Below, piece after piece: positions 20,041 through 30,388 of a DNA stretch of 64,000 nt; position 1 is the first letter of the stretch, and the number at the start of each line of letters is the position of its first letter. Source of the stretch: Robiginitomaculum sp. (GTDB lineage: Bacteria; Pseudomonadota; Alphaproteobacteria; Caulobacterales; Maricaulaceae); NCBI GenBank assembly GCA_016765135.1, contig JAESQN010000044.1:1-64000 (forward strand), written 5' to 3'. Under the pieces are notes generated by a model. It saw only the letters and a list, made by a program, of their open reading frames with translations, was not told the DNA's origin and did not search any database. The position numbers were made by a program, and so were the translations under genes.

Positions 20041-20499
20041 TTAATCCCGCGCCGGATATCCGGCCCAGCGTTTTACGGCTTTCATCACCAGGGATGATTG
20101 AATACGCGATACGTGGGGCAGGGCGGCGATGGTGCGGCGGTAGACACGCTCATATTCGCGGGTGTTCTCCACCGCCACCTTGAGCAAATAATCCGCCTTG
20201 CCGGTCATCAGATAACATTCAAGGATTTGCGGGCGGGCCTGTGCGGCTTGCTCAAAGGCTTCAAGCACTTGCTCGCTTTGGCTCTCAAGCGATACCTCCA
20301 CATAAAATTCGATCTGATAGCCAAGCTTTGGCCCGTTCAAGCGAGCATGATAACTCTCGATAACCCCGGCCTTTTCTAAAAGCCCAATACGGCGGTGGGC
20401 GGCGGATGTGGATAGGCCAACTTCGCTTGCCAAATCAGAGATTGGACGGCGGCAATCTTTTTGCACCGCCAGAAGTAATTTCTTGTCTATTGTGTCCAT
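20041..20499 (-). CDS. Lrp/AsnC family transcriptional regulator
   Basis: N-terminal HTH (DKKLLLAVQKDCRRPISDLASEVGLSTSAAHRRIGLLE) plus RAM domain; divergent from ald (AldR-like arrangement). Confidence 0.85.
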   Translation of the reverse strand: MDTIDKKLLLAVQKDCRRPISDLASEVGLSTSAAHRRIGLLEKAGVIESYHARLNGPKLGYQIEFYVEVSLESQSEQVLEAFEQAAQARPQILECYLMTGKADYLLKVAVENTREYERVYRRTIAALPHVSRIQSSLVMKAVKRWAGYPARD

Positions 20500-20631
20500 A
20501 GTCGAATTTATTCCTATGTTTATTTAGTTATGGAGAAGATTTTACGAAAATATCAGCATATAGCAAGCAAAAACGGATGTGTTCTCATACAGGGTTTGCT
20601 AATCGTCTTCATAAAACAAAAGGAGATACAA

Positions 20632-21747
20632 ATGCTTATCGGTGTACCAAAAGAGATTAAAAATCATGAATACCGGGTCGGGTTAACGCCCGAGAGTGTG
20701 TCGGAGCTTGTTGCGGCTGGCCACAAAGTCATAGTCCAGGCCAGTGCCGGGCAGGGGATCGGGGCTACGGACGCGGATTACCGCGCCGCCGGGGCCAGTA
20801 TTTCCAAAAAAGCCGAGAGCATTTTCAAGCGCGCTCAAATGATTGTCAAAGTCAAGGAGCCGCAAGCCGGTGAATGCAAAATGCTGCGCAAGGGGCAAAT
20901 CCTGTACACTTATTTGCATTTGGCCCCCGATCCAAAACAAACCAAGGCGCTTCTCAAATCCGGCTGTATTGGCATAGCTTACGAAACCGTGACCAGTGAT
21001 GCGGGTGATTTACCGCTGCTCAAACCCATGAGCCAGGTGGCCGGGCGTTTGTCAGTGCAGGCGGGTGCCACGGCGCTAGAGAAATCCAACGGTGGGCGCG
21101 GTGTATTGCTCGGCGGTGTACCGGGAGTTGCTCCAGCCAAAGTTGTTGTCATCGGCGGAGGTGTCGTCGGATTTAACGCGGCGCAAATGGCGGTCGGCCT
21201 GCAAGCTGATGTAACTATCCTTGACCGCAGTCCGGATGTGATGGAGCAAGTGTCCAACTATTTCAGAGCCTCTGCAAAGGTCGTGCGTTCTACGCCCGCC
21301 GTGTTGGCGGAACTTGTTAAAACCGCAGACATGGTGATCGGCGCGGTACTCGTGCCGGGCGCCGCCGCGCCAAAACTGATCACCCGCGCTATGTTGCGGA
21401 CCATGCAGCCGGGCGCGGTTCTGGTGGACGTGGCCATTGACCAAGGCGGATGTTTCGAAACCTCCAAAGCCACAACCCATGCCGACCCGACATATATCGT
21501 TGACGACATCGTCCATTACTGCGTAGCCAACATGCCCGGCGCCGTCGCCAGAACCAGCACCTACGCCCTAAACGCAGTAACTCTCCAACACGCAATGGCC
21601 ATAGCGAATAAAGGCTGGAAACAAGCGCTACGGGATAATGCGCATTTGAAAGAGGGGCTGAATGTGGCCGAAGGTAAGCTGACATATGCTGCGGTGGGTG
21701 AAGCGCTGGGGTTAGCGTATATTGAGGCTGATGCGGTTTTGGGGTAG
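20632..21747 (+). CDS. ald: alanine dehydrogenase
   Basis: [21 protein letters not shown]-terminus, NAD motif [10 protein letters not shown]; ATG at 20632 with RBS AAGGAG. Confidence 0.9.
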   Translation: MLIGVPKEIKNHEYRVGLTPESVSELVAAGHKVIVQASAGQGIGATDADYRAAGASISKKAESIFKRAQMIVKVKEPQAGECKMLRKGQILYTYLHLAPDPKQTKALLKSGCIGIAYETVTSDAGDLPLLKPMSQVAGRLSVQAGATALEKSNGGRGVLLGGVPGVAPAKVVVIGGGVVGFNAAQMAVGLQADVTILDRSPDVMEQVSNYFRASAKVVRSTPAVLAELVKTADMVIGAVLVPGAAAPKLITRAMLRTMQPGAVLVDVAIDQGGCFETSKATTHADPTYIVDDIVHYCVANMPGAVARTSTYALNAVTLQHAMAIANKGWKQALRDNAHLKEGLNVAEGKLTYAAVGEALGLAYIEADAVLG

Positions 21748-21783
21748 GGGGCTATGGGTTTTCTGTTTCGCTTTAGCACATGA

Positions 21784-22719
21784 CTAAAAACACGCGCCCC
21801 GTGCCATATATTTACCCTTAAAACGCATGTGTATAGGCTTACCATGCGCATTAGTGTTGCCGTCTTGCACAATGGTTTCCGCGTGGAGATGAAGATGCGG
21901 CTCTATCGTATTCCCTGAGTTACCAACTTGTCCGAGGTGTTGCCCCGTTACAACTTTGTCGCCGAGACGAACAGAAAGGCTCCCCTTTTTCATATGGTGT
22001 AAATGTATATGTAAATTATCACATTTAAGTACGACTCCATTGCCGCCCGTATTTATTTTGTCCGACCCGCCAATAGGTTGATCTGGAAGGCCGTTTTCAT
22101 ACTCTACAACAAGCCCGGAACAAGGAGAGGTAATATCTGTACCAAATATTTCATAATTCTCTAGCACATTTGGTTTCGGGTTTAACGTGTAACCTCGCTT
22201 CGTCCTAAAGCCGTTTTTTCGGGTTTTTACAATATCAAGCGCATAGGTTTGTGCTAAATCTTGCGGGCTGTCGCTGGGGAATATATGAAAGTTTAAGAGC
22301 GGAGATATACCGCCTGACAGCACACAAGCCCCCGCCCCTTCTTGGAAGGGCGATTGCAGGTCAACAAAATCTCCACTGGGATTTAATCTTCCCGTAACTC
22401 CGTGCCAGATCAAAAAGCTACTCAAAGGTAAGAGGGCCAGTATTGGTGTGTTAGAGATCAAACTGCGTAATGTACCGGATTTAAATGCAGATTGTTTAAA
22501 GTGCAACACCATCAATACTGCGAACAAGCATGTAAAAATTAAAAGCCCATACAAGGGCGGGTAAAACCAAACGCCGCCAAGCCATAAACCCGCGAGCAAG
22601 CTGGTGATACAAAATATCTTTAAGGCACTATCTATAAAAGAACGACGTTTTGAAAAAGCAAACCAAATCAATGTAACTATTAAGATTATCAACTGAGCAT
22701 AAATTGCTTGTTTTAGCAT
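21784..22719 (-). CDS. M23 family metallopeptidase (LytM domain) with N-terminal multi-TM region
   Basis: C-terminal HxxxD and HLH motifs (HLGQVGNSGNTIEPHLHLH); 3-4 N-terminal TM helices; AT-rich gene. Confidence 0.7.
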   Translation of the reverse strand: MLKQAIYAQLIILIVTLIWFAFSKRRSFIDSALKIFCITSLLAGLWLGGVWFYPPLYGLLIFTCLFAVLMVLHFKQSAFKSGTLRSLISNTPILALLPLSSFLIWHGVTGRLNPSGDFVDLQSPFQEGAGACVLSGGISPLLNFHIFPSDSPQDLAQTYALDIVKTRKNGFRTKRGYTLNPKPNVLENYEIFGTDITSPCSGLVVEYENGLPDQPIGGSDKINTGGNGVVLKCDNLHIHLHHMKKGSLSVRLGDKVVTGQHLGQVGNSGNTIEPHLHLHAETIVQDGNTNAHGKPIHMRFKGKYMARGACF

Positions 22720-22769
22720 TTGGTCTATCCCTAAAATATAGGCGTAATTTAAGCCAACCTCCTAATGTT

Positions 22770-22960
22770 ACACTTAAAAGTGGTTGTTCACAAGCCTCGC
22801 AATAACTGTACCCATACCGCCGCCGTTTACGTTTATGATTTCGCCTAGTTTATCGCGGCAATAAACCACTTGTACCGCGAAGGATTCGTTCAGCTTCCAC
22901 ACCTAGGGCGCGGCGACCGGGGACAGTGGTTCTCGTGCTAGGCGCCCTGATATTCGGCAA
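22770..22960 (-). pseudogene. decayed fragment of a thiolase gene 3' end
   Basis: Minus-strand translation gives ..SPVAAP*VWKLNESFAVQVVYCRDKLGEIINVNGGGMGTVIARLVNNHF*. This aligns to the intact thiolase C-terminus (GPVFAIP…[32 protein letters not shown]…GGGMG) with internal deletions and a stop. About 75-80% nt identity to 27080-27180. Confidence 0.5.
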
Positions 22961-23141
22961 AACCTGCTCCGCCTCAACAAAACTTTAAATGGTCACCACG
23001 GCCTAAACCGACTGTGATATTTGGTCTCTTTAATGTGATAACGACATTAAGCAATGTGAATTTAACTCTCATTTTCCATTCCCTATAAGAAACGCCTGCC
23101 GCAACAAGAGCAGATTGTTTTACCAATGAAAGAGAGAGATC

Positions 23142-23996
23142 ATGCCCACTAGCTTCAAGCCCACTAGTTTTGCAAAAACATTTGGTGTTTTTTCGTTACT
23201 AATTTTTACACCTGCCCTAATTCTTGCACCTGTATCGGCCCATGCGGGGGCTTGGACGGCACCGAAGGGGGATGTTTATTTAAAGGGTGCTGTCAATTAT
23301 TTTGAGACGAGCAGCCGTTTTGGGCCCGATGATTTGGCCGGTTTTGAAAACTTCAGGGACCTTAATTTCAACGTTTATCTGGAGTATGGCCTTCAGGACA
23401 ATCTCACTTTTTTCACGACAACCTCCTTTAAAGAGATTGAGAACACGGCAAATGGTGTGACGACAAGTAATTCCGGTATTGCTGATGTTGACCTTGGTTT
23501 GCGTTATAATCTGACTAATGAGCCCGCCGTTATTTCCATCCAAGGACTGTTTAAAGCGCCTTTCCTCTATAGTTCGGATGCAGACCTACCCTTGGGTAAT
23601 GGCCAAATTGATCTGGAGGGAAAACTTTTAATCGGCAAGTCTTTTGGCTCCGCCGGATATGCAGGTTTGGAGGTTGGATATAGATACCGCGCCGAAGCTC
23701 CTGTTGATGAGTTTCGCTATTTGGTGGAATATGGTGTCGATATATCCGAGCAGACTTATTTTCGAACAAAACTGGACGGTACATTGGGGCTAGGCGATGC
23801 AGATGCCGACGCATTACTTATAGGTGCCGCTAATCCGAGCTTGCCTCTTGCCTTTGATCTTGGAAAACTGGAATACACACTGGGACATAAACTCACCAAA
23901 ACCATCGCGGCGGAGATCACAGGTACAACCAATGTTTACGGTGATAATACGCTTAAAGGGACAAATATCCAGTTCGCTATTGTTGCAATCTTCTAA
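23142..23996 (+). CDS. outer-membrane beta-barrel protein (signal peptide, C-terminal Phe)
   Basis: Signal peptide …APVSAHA|GAW. Alternating hydrophobic beta-strand pattern and C-terminal …QFAIVAIF typical of OMP barrels; AT-rich. Confidence 0.55.
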   Translation: MPTSFKPTSFAKTFGVFSLLIFTPALILAPVSAHAGAWTAPKGDVYLKGAVNYFETSSRFGPDDLAGFENFRDLNFNVYLEYGLQDNLTFFTTTSFKEIENTANGVTTSNSGIADVDLGLRYNLTNEPAVISIQGLFKAPFLYSSDADLPLGNGQIDLEGKLLIGKSFGSAGYAGLEVGYRYRAEAPVDEFRYLVEYGVDISEQTYFRTKLDGTLGLGDADADALLIGAANPSLPLAFDLGKLEYTLGHKLTKTIAAEITGTTNVYGDNTLKGTNIQFAIVAIF

Positions 23997-24007
23997 GGCA
24001 AAGTTTC

Positions 24008-25612
24008 TTGTCCGCCTTTTCAATATTTATTCTGACAGCGCATTATGTGTTTGTGGGCATATTGTGTGTCTACGGATCACATCGATTTTATCATACCGTA
24101 TTGATAAATATAAAACGTAAATCGATGAAAGCAGAGGGCGATGACAGCTTTTTCCCGCGAGTTACGGTACAAATTCCCCTGTATAATGAGAAATTTGTAG
24201 TCGAGCGGATCATTGATGCAGTTGCCAAGCTTGATTACCCGTCCGAGAAATTGCAAATTCAAATTATTGACGATTCAACAGATGACAGTGTTGCCATAGC
24301 GGCCGGGCGCATCAGGTTTTATAAAGATCAAGGACTGAATATTTCCCATGTGCGGCGTAGCAAAAGAACCGGATATAAGGCCGGAGCTCTTGCCGATGCC
24401 ATGGACGGCGCAAGCGGTGAATTCATCGCTATTTTTGATGCTGATTTCATCCCTGCCCCTGATTTTTTAGGGCGCTCCATTGCCCAGTTTAAAGATGCTA
24501 AAGTCGGTGTCGTGCAAAGCCGCTGGAGTTATCTGAACACAAAAACTAATGTTTTGACCCGTGTCCAGGGTGTTATGCTCGATGCGCATTTTGGTGTTGA
24601 GCAAACCGTGCGCTATCAAAAAAACTGTTTTTTCAATTTTAACGGAACAGCAGGTATCTGGCGGCGGACGGCTATTGAAGATGCAGGCGGGTGGAGTGCG
24701 GATACGCTGACTGAAGACCTGGATCTGAGCTATAGGGCGCAGATGAAAGGTTGGAAGTTCATATACCTCAATGACTTAGAGTGCGTTTCTGAAATTCCGA
24801 CGGATATGTGTGCGTTTAAAGTCCAACAACATCGTTGGGCTAAGGGCTCTATTGAAGTCATGAAAAAGCTATTGGTTCCGCTTTGGAAAAGCACCGTTCC
24901 GCTGCGTGTCAAAATTGAAGCCAGTTTTCATTTGACAGGTAATTTTTCCTATATGCTGATGTTTATAGACAGCGTATTTTTTCTTATTCCCTCTGTCCAT
25001 ATCCGCGAAAATATGGATTTGAATTTTATAGGCTGGTTCGATATTCCGCTCTTTGTTCTCGCAAGCCTAAGCCATGCGTGGTTTTTCCTATACGGGCAAA
25101 AAATACTCTATGGGAAAATGTATGATAAGCTTGCAATTATGCCGATTTTACTTGCCACGTCTATCGGCTTGGGTGTCAACAATGGCCGGGCGGTCATAGA
25201 GGCCTTATTGGGGCATGTGACAGGGTTTGAACGAACGCCCAAAGTCGGCGAGAAAACACAAATTTCGCAAGCTTCGCAAAGTTCAAACAGCACAAATAGT
25301 GCAAGTCGTACAGGCCCTCAGCGTTATAAAGCCCTCAGTACAAAATGGGCTGACTGGCTTGAGCTTAGTCTTGCACTTTTCTATGCCGTCAATTTGCTAT
25401 GGGCCATATGGGAAGGGTATTGGGTTGTAACGCCGTTCTTGTTGTTATTCACCCTTGGATTTTTCTATACGGGTTCCTTGAGCATTTTGACCCGCCGGCG
25501 CCAAAATAAAATGATACCTGCCATAAAAATACCTTCAGACCCAAAGGGGGTTACATCTGTTACGGACAGTGAAGATCAGGCTCAACAGGAAGCTGTAAAA
25601 GTGATCGCATGA
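24008..25612 (+). CDS. processive family-2 glycosyltransferase (BcsA/NodC/PgaC-like synthase), membrane-embedded
   Basis: GT-A motifs DDSTDD, DAD, TED and the processive-synthase signature QQHRW. One N-terminal and ~4-5 C-terminal TM helices. Start uncertain (TTG 24008, GTG 24048, ATG 24125). Confidence 0.8.
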   Translation: MSAFSIFILTAHYVFVGILCVYGSHRFYHTVLINIKRKSMKAEGDDSFFPRVTVQIPLYNEKFVVERIIDAVAKLDYPSEKLQIQIIDDSTDDSVAIAAGRIRFYKDQGLNISHVRRSKRTGYKAGALADAMDGASGEFIAIFDADFIPAPDFLGRSIAQFKDAKVGVVQSRWSYLNTKTNVLTRVQGVMLDAHFGVEQTVRYQKNCFFNFNGTAGIWRRTAIEDAGGWSADTLTEDLDLSYRAQMKGWKFIYLNDLECVSEIPTDMCAFKVQQHRWAKGSIEVMKKLLVPLWKSTVPLRVKIEASFHLTGNFSYMLMFIDSVFFLIPSVHIRENMDLNFIGWFDIPLFVLASLSHAWFFLYGQKILYGKMYDKLAIMPILLATSIGLGVNNGRAVIEALLGHVTGFERTPKVGEKTQISQASQSSNSTNSASRTGPQRYKALSTKWADWLELSLALFYAVNLLWAIWEGYWVVTPFLLLFTLGFFYTGSLSILTRRRQNKMIPAIKIPSDPKGVTSVTDSEDQAQQEAVKVIA

Positions 25613-26934
25613 ATTTTTCTACACCGGAAAAAATGAAACTGGATGCATCTGTATCCGGTTTTTTCGGCGCCGCTATACTCACCATAATTGCCATTTTATG
25701 CTTGTATCTCGTACCCGTTTTTCCGGCCCAATATACGGGTTCAATTTATATCCTGTGCCATATTCTTTTGACAATTTCCATGTTCATAATATGGCACCGG
25801 CCACATCTTCGTATGGAATATATTCTTCTCATCGCGATTGTCATCCATCTTGTTTTATTTCCAGCGCCGATTTTTAGCTCCAATGACAGTGAGCGATATC
25901 TCTGGGACGGCGCTGTCGCCCTTTCAGGGTTTGACCCCTATATCTTATCACCGAACAGCCCGGAATTGGCAGAGCTTCGGAAAATTTGGCCGACACCCGA
26001 AGAGCATGCAAAATATCCGACGCTTTATCCTCCAGGCGCATTATTATTATTCTCCTTGTCGGCTATGGCAGGGCCGGTTAAAGGCATTTGGCTTTGGAAA
26101 ATCTTGGCAACATTGGCCAGCCTGACCAGCATTGTCATAGGGTATGATCTGTTAAAACGGCGAAACTTGCTCAGACATTTTCCGCTATTGGCTCTCTCTC
26201 CGCTTTTAATCATGGAAACAGCTATAGGTGCGCATCTTGATGTTTTTAGTGTGCTGGCCGTGGTCGTTGCACTGGCCTTGTTTGACCGAGAGAAATTCGT
26301 GCTTGCCGGTATGATTTTAGGCTGGAGCGTCTCGGTAAAGTTTTTACCGGCCCTCATTGCTGGCCCTTTATTATTCACTCTTGGGCCGAAAAATGCCTTT
26401 CGATTTGTCAGCGCTTCACTTGTAACTGTCCTGGTTATTTACGGACTAGCGCGGGTAATGGGGCTGGAGGCCTTTGGTCTTCTTCCCGTATTTTTTGAAA
26501 AATGGCGGTTTGGCTCACCCGTTTATAACATGATTGAGTTTATCTTTAAGCCCGCGCAAATCATCTGGGTCATTATGGTGATTGCTCTTATGATGTTTAG
26601 CCTCTCTGCTTTTATGGCCCGAAAGAAACAGATGGTTTTGGCTGTTTTGGTTACACTGTGTGTACCCTTGCTTCTCAGCCCGGTTGTTTTCCCTTGGTAT
26701 CTTTTAGTATTGATACCATTTGTGGCCCTGCGACCAAATGTAACGATATTGGCGTGGATAAGTGTAGCGCCCCTGAGCTATATTGTTCTCAATAAATGGG
26801 TCTCTGAAGGGATTTGGCAACCGCAGATATGGCCTTTATGGATAATTGCGATTGCGATCATAACCGGATTGATCCTGGACAGTTATTTTCAAAGAGACAG
26901 TTATTTTCAAAGACGATCCAAGCCAAATGATTGA
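25609..26934 (+). CDS. polytopic membrane protein, possible GT-C-fold glycosyltransferase (DUF2029-like)
   Basis: 441 aa, ~11 TM; ATGA coupling to the GT2 gene. C-terminus carries a DSYFQR x2 tandem duplication. Stop lies 3 bp from the convergent thiolase stop. Confidence 0.5.
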   Translation: MNFSTPEKMKLDASVSGFFGAAILTIIAILCLYLVPVFPAQYTGSIYILCHILLTISMFIIWHRPHLRMEYILLIAIVIHLVLFPAPIFSSNDSERYLWDGAVALSGFDPYILSPNSPELAELRKIWPTPEEHAKYPTLYPPGALLLFSLSAMAGPVKGIWLWKILATLASLTSIVIGYDLLKRRNLLRHFPLLALSPLLIMETAIGAHLDVFSVLAVVVALALFDREKFVLAGMILGWSVSVKFLPALIAGPLLFTLGPKNAFRFVSASLVTVLVIYGLARVMGLEAFGLLPVFFEKWRFGSPVYNMIEFIFKPAQIIWVIMVIALMMFSLSAFMARKKQMVLAVLVTLCVPLLLSPVVFPWYLLVLIPFVALRPNVTILAWISVAPLSYIVLNKWVSEGIWQPQIWPLWIIAIAIITGLILDSYFQRDSYFQRRSKPND

Positions 26935-26937
26935 GGT

Positions 26938-28113
26938 CTAAACCACCTCAAACAAGCCAGCCGCACCCATACCGCCGCCTACGCACATTGTGCTAACCAC
27001 GTACTTTGCGCCGCGTCTTTTGCCTTCGATGAGTGCGTGCGCGACCATTCTGGCGCCGCTCATGCCGTAGGGGTGGCCTATGCTGATTGCGCCGCCGTTT
27101 ACGTTCATGATTTCGCCTGGGATACCGAGTTTGTCACGGCAATATATGACCTGTACTGCGAAAGCTTCGTTAAGTTCCCACAGGTCGATATCGTCCATTT
27201 TTAGTCCGTTGGCGGCCAGTAATTTGGGGATGGCGAATACTGGGCCTATACCCATTTCTTCTGGCTCTAGCCCGGCTACGGCCATGCCTCTATATATTCC
27301 TAGCGGTTCCAGCCCGCGCTTTTCGGCTTCGCCTGCTTCCATGAGCACGCTGACCGAGGCCCCATCCGAAAGTTGGCTGGCATTGCCGGCAGTGATGGTG
27401 AAATCAGGCCCGCGTACGGGTTTCAGGCCAGATAAGCCTTCGGCGGTGGTGCCGGGTCTGTTGCCTTGGTCTTTGTCCAGAGTGTATTCGGTTTCGGAAA
27501 TCTCGCCTGTCTCTTTGTTTTGGATTTTCATGGTTGCCGTTAGCGGCACAATCTCGTCGTCGAACTTCCCGGCTTCTTGGGCCGCATGGGTGCGGTCTTG
27601 GCTTTGGGCCGCATATTCGTCCATGGCGTCCCGGCTAACGTCATATTTTTTGGCGACGGTTTCCGCCGTGTCGATCATTTGGATATAGGCGTTGGGGTGG
27701 TTAGCCACAACATTTGGGTCGACGGCATAGCGCATTTCTGCGGTCTGCACCATGGAAATGCTTTCGACACCGCCGCCAATAGCGATTTGTTGCCCATCGC
27801 AAATGATTTGTTTAGCGGCAATACCAATAGCCATCATGCCGGAGGAACATTGGCGGTCAACACTTTGCGCCGAGACGGTAACGGGCAGGGACGAGGCCAG
27901 CACGGAATTACGGCCAATGGTTACTTGTACGCCCTGTTGCATCGCACACCCGATGATCACATCGTCCACTTCGCCGCCCTCAAGTCCGGCGCGTTTAACT
28001 GCCGCATCAATACAATGCCCGGTCAAGGTCGGGGAGGGGGTCGCGTTAAACGCGCCTCTATACGCTTTGCCAATGGGGGTGCGGGCGGTGGATACGATAA
28101 CGGCTTGTCTCAT
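26938..28113 (-). CDS. acetyl-CoA C-acyltransferase (thiolase)
   Basis: N-terminal [13 protein letters not shown]…, catalytic Cys region [11 protein letters not shown]-terminal [19 protein letters not shown]…[12 protein letters not shown] at 28113 with GGAGA RBS. Confidence 0.9.
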   Translation of the reverse strand: MRQAVIVSTARTPIGKAYRGAFNATPSPTLTGHCIDAAVKRAGLEGGEVDDVIIGCAMQQGVQVTIGRNSVLASSLPVTVSAQSVDRQCSSGMMAIGIAAKQIICDGQQIAIGGGVESISMVQTAEMRYAVDPNVVANHPNAYIQMIDTAETVAKKYDVSRDAMDEYAAQSQDRTHAAQEAGKFDDEIVPLTATMKIQNKETGEISETEYTLDKDQGNRPGTTAEGLSGLKPVRGPDFTITAGNASQLSDGASVSVLMEAGEAEKRGLEPLGIYRGMAVAGLEPEEMGIGPVFAIPKLLAANGLKMDDIDLWELNEAFAVQVIYCRDKLGIPGEIMNVNGGAISIGHPYGMSGARMVAHALIEGKRRGAKYVVSTMCVGGGMGAAGLFEVV

Positions 28114-28239
28114 GATGTTCTCCAGTTTTATATGCAAAAAAGTGTATATGCGGGTTCCAGTAAGCTTTGCCAAGTAAAATTATACTTGGGGCTGTCCCAA
28201 AGCATATATTTTAACTTAATACCGCAAACTGGCTTTGCT

Positions 28240-28902
28240 TTACCAGGGTAGTTCATACCCCTCGGCGTGCCAGAATGTACCTGTTGTGTCCATGCTGAGC
28301 GCGTCCATGCGTTCGATCAGACCTGCGGCGGCGGTACTTGCATCAGTCATGCCATTACCGCCTGTCATATTGGTGCGGACATAGCCCGGATGCAGGAGCG
28401 CTACGGCGATGCCTCTGGGCTTCATGTCGTGAGATAGGTTGACTCCGGCCATATTGGCGGCGGTTTTGGACATGCGGTAGCCATACATACCGCCCGAGGT
28501 ATTGTCGTCCAAAGAGCCAACCCGCGAGGTAACGATCCCAATTTTTGCACCGTCTTTCAGATTGGTATTCAGCGCATGGGTGACCCGCAAAGGCCCGAGC
28601 GTATTGACCTCATATTGTGCACGCATACGGGTAAAATCCAGATCGTCGAAGCTCTCGCCCGTGAGTATCCCGGCATTATTGATCAGTATATCCAATTTGC
28701 GGTCGCCAACGATTTTCGCCAAAGCGGCAACACTGTCCGCGCTAGTAACATCAATATTTTCAACCACCTCGCAACCCGCCGCTTTAAGCTCGCGACTGGC
28801 CGAACGACAAGTGGTAATCACCTCATTCCCCCGCGCCGCATATTGTTTCGCCATCTCAAGCCCAATCCCCTGATTGGTTCCAGTAATTAAAATTCGCGCC
28901 AT
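28240..28902 (-). CDS. SDR family oxidoreductase (CsgA/C-factor-like short-chain dehydrogenase)
   Basis: ITGTNQGIG cofactor motif, NNAG, YxxxK (YGYRMSKTA). Confidence 0.8.
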   Translation of the reverse strand: MARILITGTNQGIGLEMAKQYAARGNEVITTCRSASRELKAAGCEVVENIDVTSADSVAALAKIVGDRKLDILINNAGILTGESFDDLDFTRMRAQYEVNTLGPLRVTHALNTNLKDGAKIGIVTSRVGSLDDNTSGGMYGYRMSKTAANMAGVNLSHDMKPRGIAVALLHPGYVRTNMTGGNGMTDASTAAAGLIERMDALSMDTTGTFWHAEGYELPW

Positions 28903-28981
28903 AGTTCTCTCCGTTTAAAGGCCGTACAATATAAGAATAACATTGCCGTGCAGGGTAACAATATTGTTACCCAAAGCGTTT

Positions 28982-30289
28982 TTACCTGCAATTCGCGCCC
29001 AGCCATTTGACCACTTCACCCGTCAATTCCGTGCGTGTCCAGGAATAGGAATGGTCGCCTTCCAGGATTTTGTGGCTCAGGTTTACGTCGTCTACTTGTT
29101 CAAATGCGCCCACCAGCGCGGCGTGATAAATATCCGGCGGTAGGACGGTGTCGCCTTTGGCAGCCAGCAAGAACACATTGCGCCCGGCAAATTCTTCCGC
29201 TTGTTTGGAGACGCTAAACGCCTCCATATTATCGGCGATTTCGGCGATCATGCGTTTACCCGTTATGCCCTTGAGTGGGCCACGCCCAAGCAAATGCTCG
29301 CCGTCTACATAGCGGGCAAATCCGGCGCGGGCTTTGGCTGCACTTTCGCCCTCAAACATGGAGCCGCGAATACCGTAATCAGCAGGAGATAACCCGACGA
29401 CGCAACTGATTTGTTTATCCTTTGCCCCCGCCGCCAAAGCCGCAAACCCTCCCATGGAATGACCAATGAAGCTGATGTGTTCAGGGTCAATTCGGTATTT
29501 GACTGCGCTGTCCGGCTTGCGCAAAAATTCAGCCGCCGCCTGGGCATCCTCAATCACATTACCAAGGGAAAAATTGCCCTCACTGCCCCAGGCCCCCCGA
29601 TAATGAAAAAACAAAACATTAAACCCGGCCCGGCGCGCCGCTTGCGCTATATCGAGATTTTTTTCATACCCCGGAAATCCGTGCAGCATGATAACGGTCG
29701 GATGCGGCCCGACCCCGTCCGCCAGGTAGAGATGCCCGTTGAGTGCACTACCGCCACTGATGAAGTCCAATTCGACCGTGGTCGGCGGGTAATTTTTGTC
29801 GATGTTGGCCGGGTCAGTTATCACCGGGTCAGTGCTGTCATCAGACGAGGTATGGTCAGACACAATCACCCATTCCCCATTTTGTTTGTTGAGGAGCAAC
29901 GTAAATAGACCGCCCGGCTTATCGTGCTTGCGGGTCAGATACCATCTTCCAAACACCTGGGCATAATCGGCGGACAGAACCTTCACCTCAAGGTTTTTGA
30001 AATCTAATTTTCCCATAGTTTCCTTGTCAGGATAGCGGATTTTATAGCCGTCGATGGTTTCTTGCCATCCGCGTTTTATCTTACCACCAGACGCAAAGCG
30101 CAAATCTTCAGACGCCAAATAATAGGCCATAAACCCGTCAATATCCCCCGCATTCCAGGCCCTGTCTTGTTCGTCAAGGATCTGAATAATATCGGCTTTT
30201 ATTTCAGCCTCATTGAAATTACTTTGACCCGTGCAGGCACTTAATCCCAATACGCCAATAGACAATGCCGTACCTAATATTTTATTCAT
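28982..30289 (-). CDS. lipoprotein: N-terminal SnoaL/NTF2-like (DUF4440) domain fused to alpha/beta hydrolase
   Basis: Lipobox GLSAC; DEQDRAWNAGDIDGF NTF2-like segment; HGFPG…GHSMGG nucleophile elbow. Confidence 0.7.
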   Translation of the reverse strand: MNKILGTALSIGVLGLSACTGQSNFNEAEIKADIIQILDEQDRAWNAGDIDGFMAYYLASEDLRFASGGKIKRGWQETIDGYKIRYPDKETMGKLDFKNLEVKVLSADYAQVFGRWYLTRKHDKPGGLFTLLLNKQNGEWVIVSDHTSSDDSTDPVITDPANIDKNYPPTTVELDFISGGSALNGHLYLADGVGPHPTVIMLHGFPGYEKNLDIAQAARRAGFNVLFFHYRGAWGSEGNFSLGNVIEDAQAAAEFLRKPDSAVKYRIDPEHISFIGHSMGGFAALAAGAKDKQISCVVGLSPADYGIRGSMFEGESAAKARAGFARYVDGEHLLGRGPLKGITGKRMIAEIADNMEAFSVSKQAEEFAGRNVFLLAAKGDTVLPPDIYHAALVGAFEQVDDVNLSHKILEGDHSYSWTRTELTGEVVKWLGANCR

Positions 30290-30388
30290 ATCTTACCTGT
30301 CCTTTGCCAATTCTTTTGCACCATACGCTAAATCTCCGACGATGCCAAACACACAAAAGATAATTGCTTTCAATTTCGATTCGTTCGG

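Noticed and set aside
27080-28251. Plus-strand ORFs (202, 224, 141 aa) within the thiolase gene
   Set aside because: Antisense shadow ORFs of a well-supported thiolase; low-complexity Ala/Ser/Pro-rich translations.
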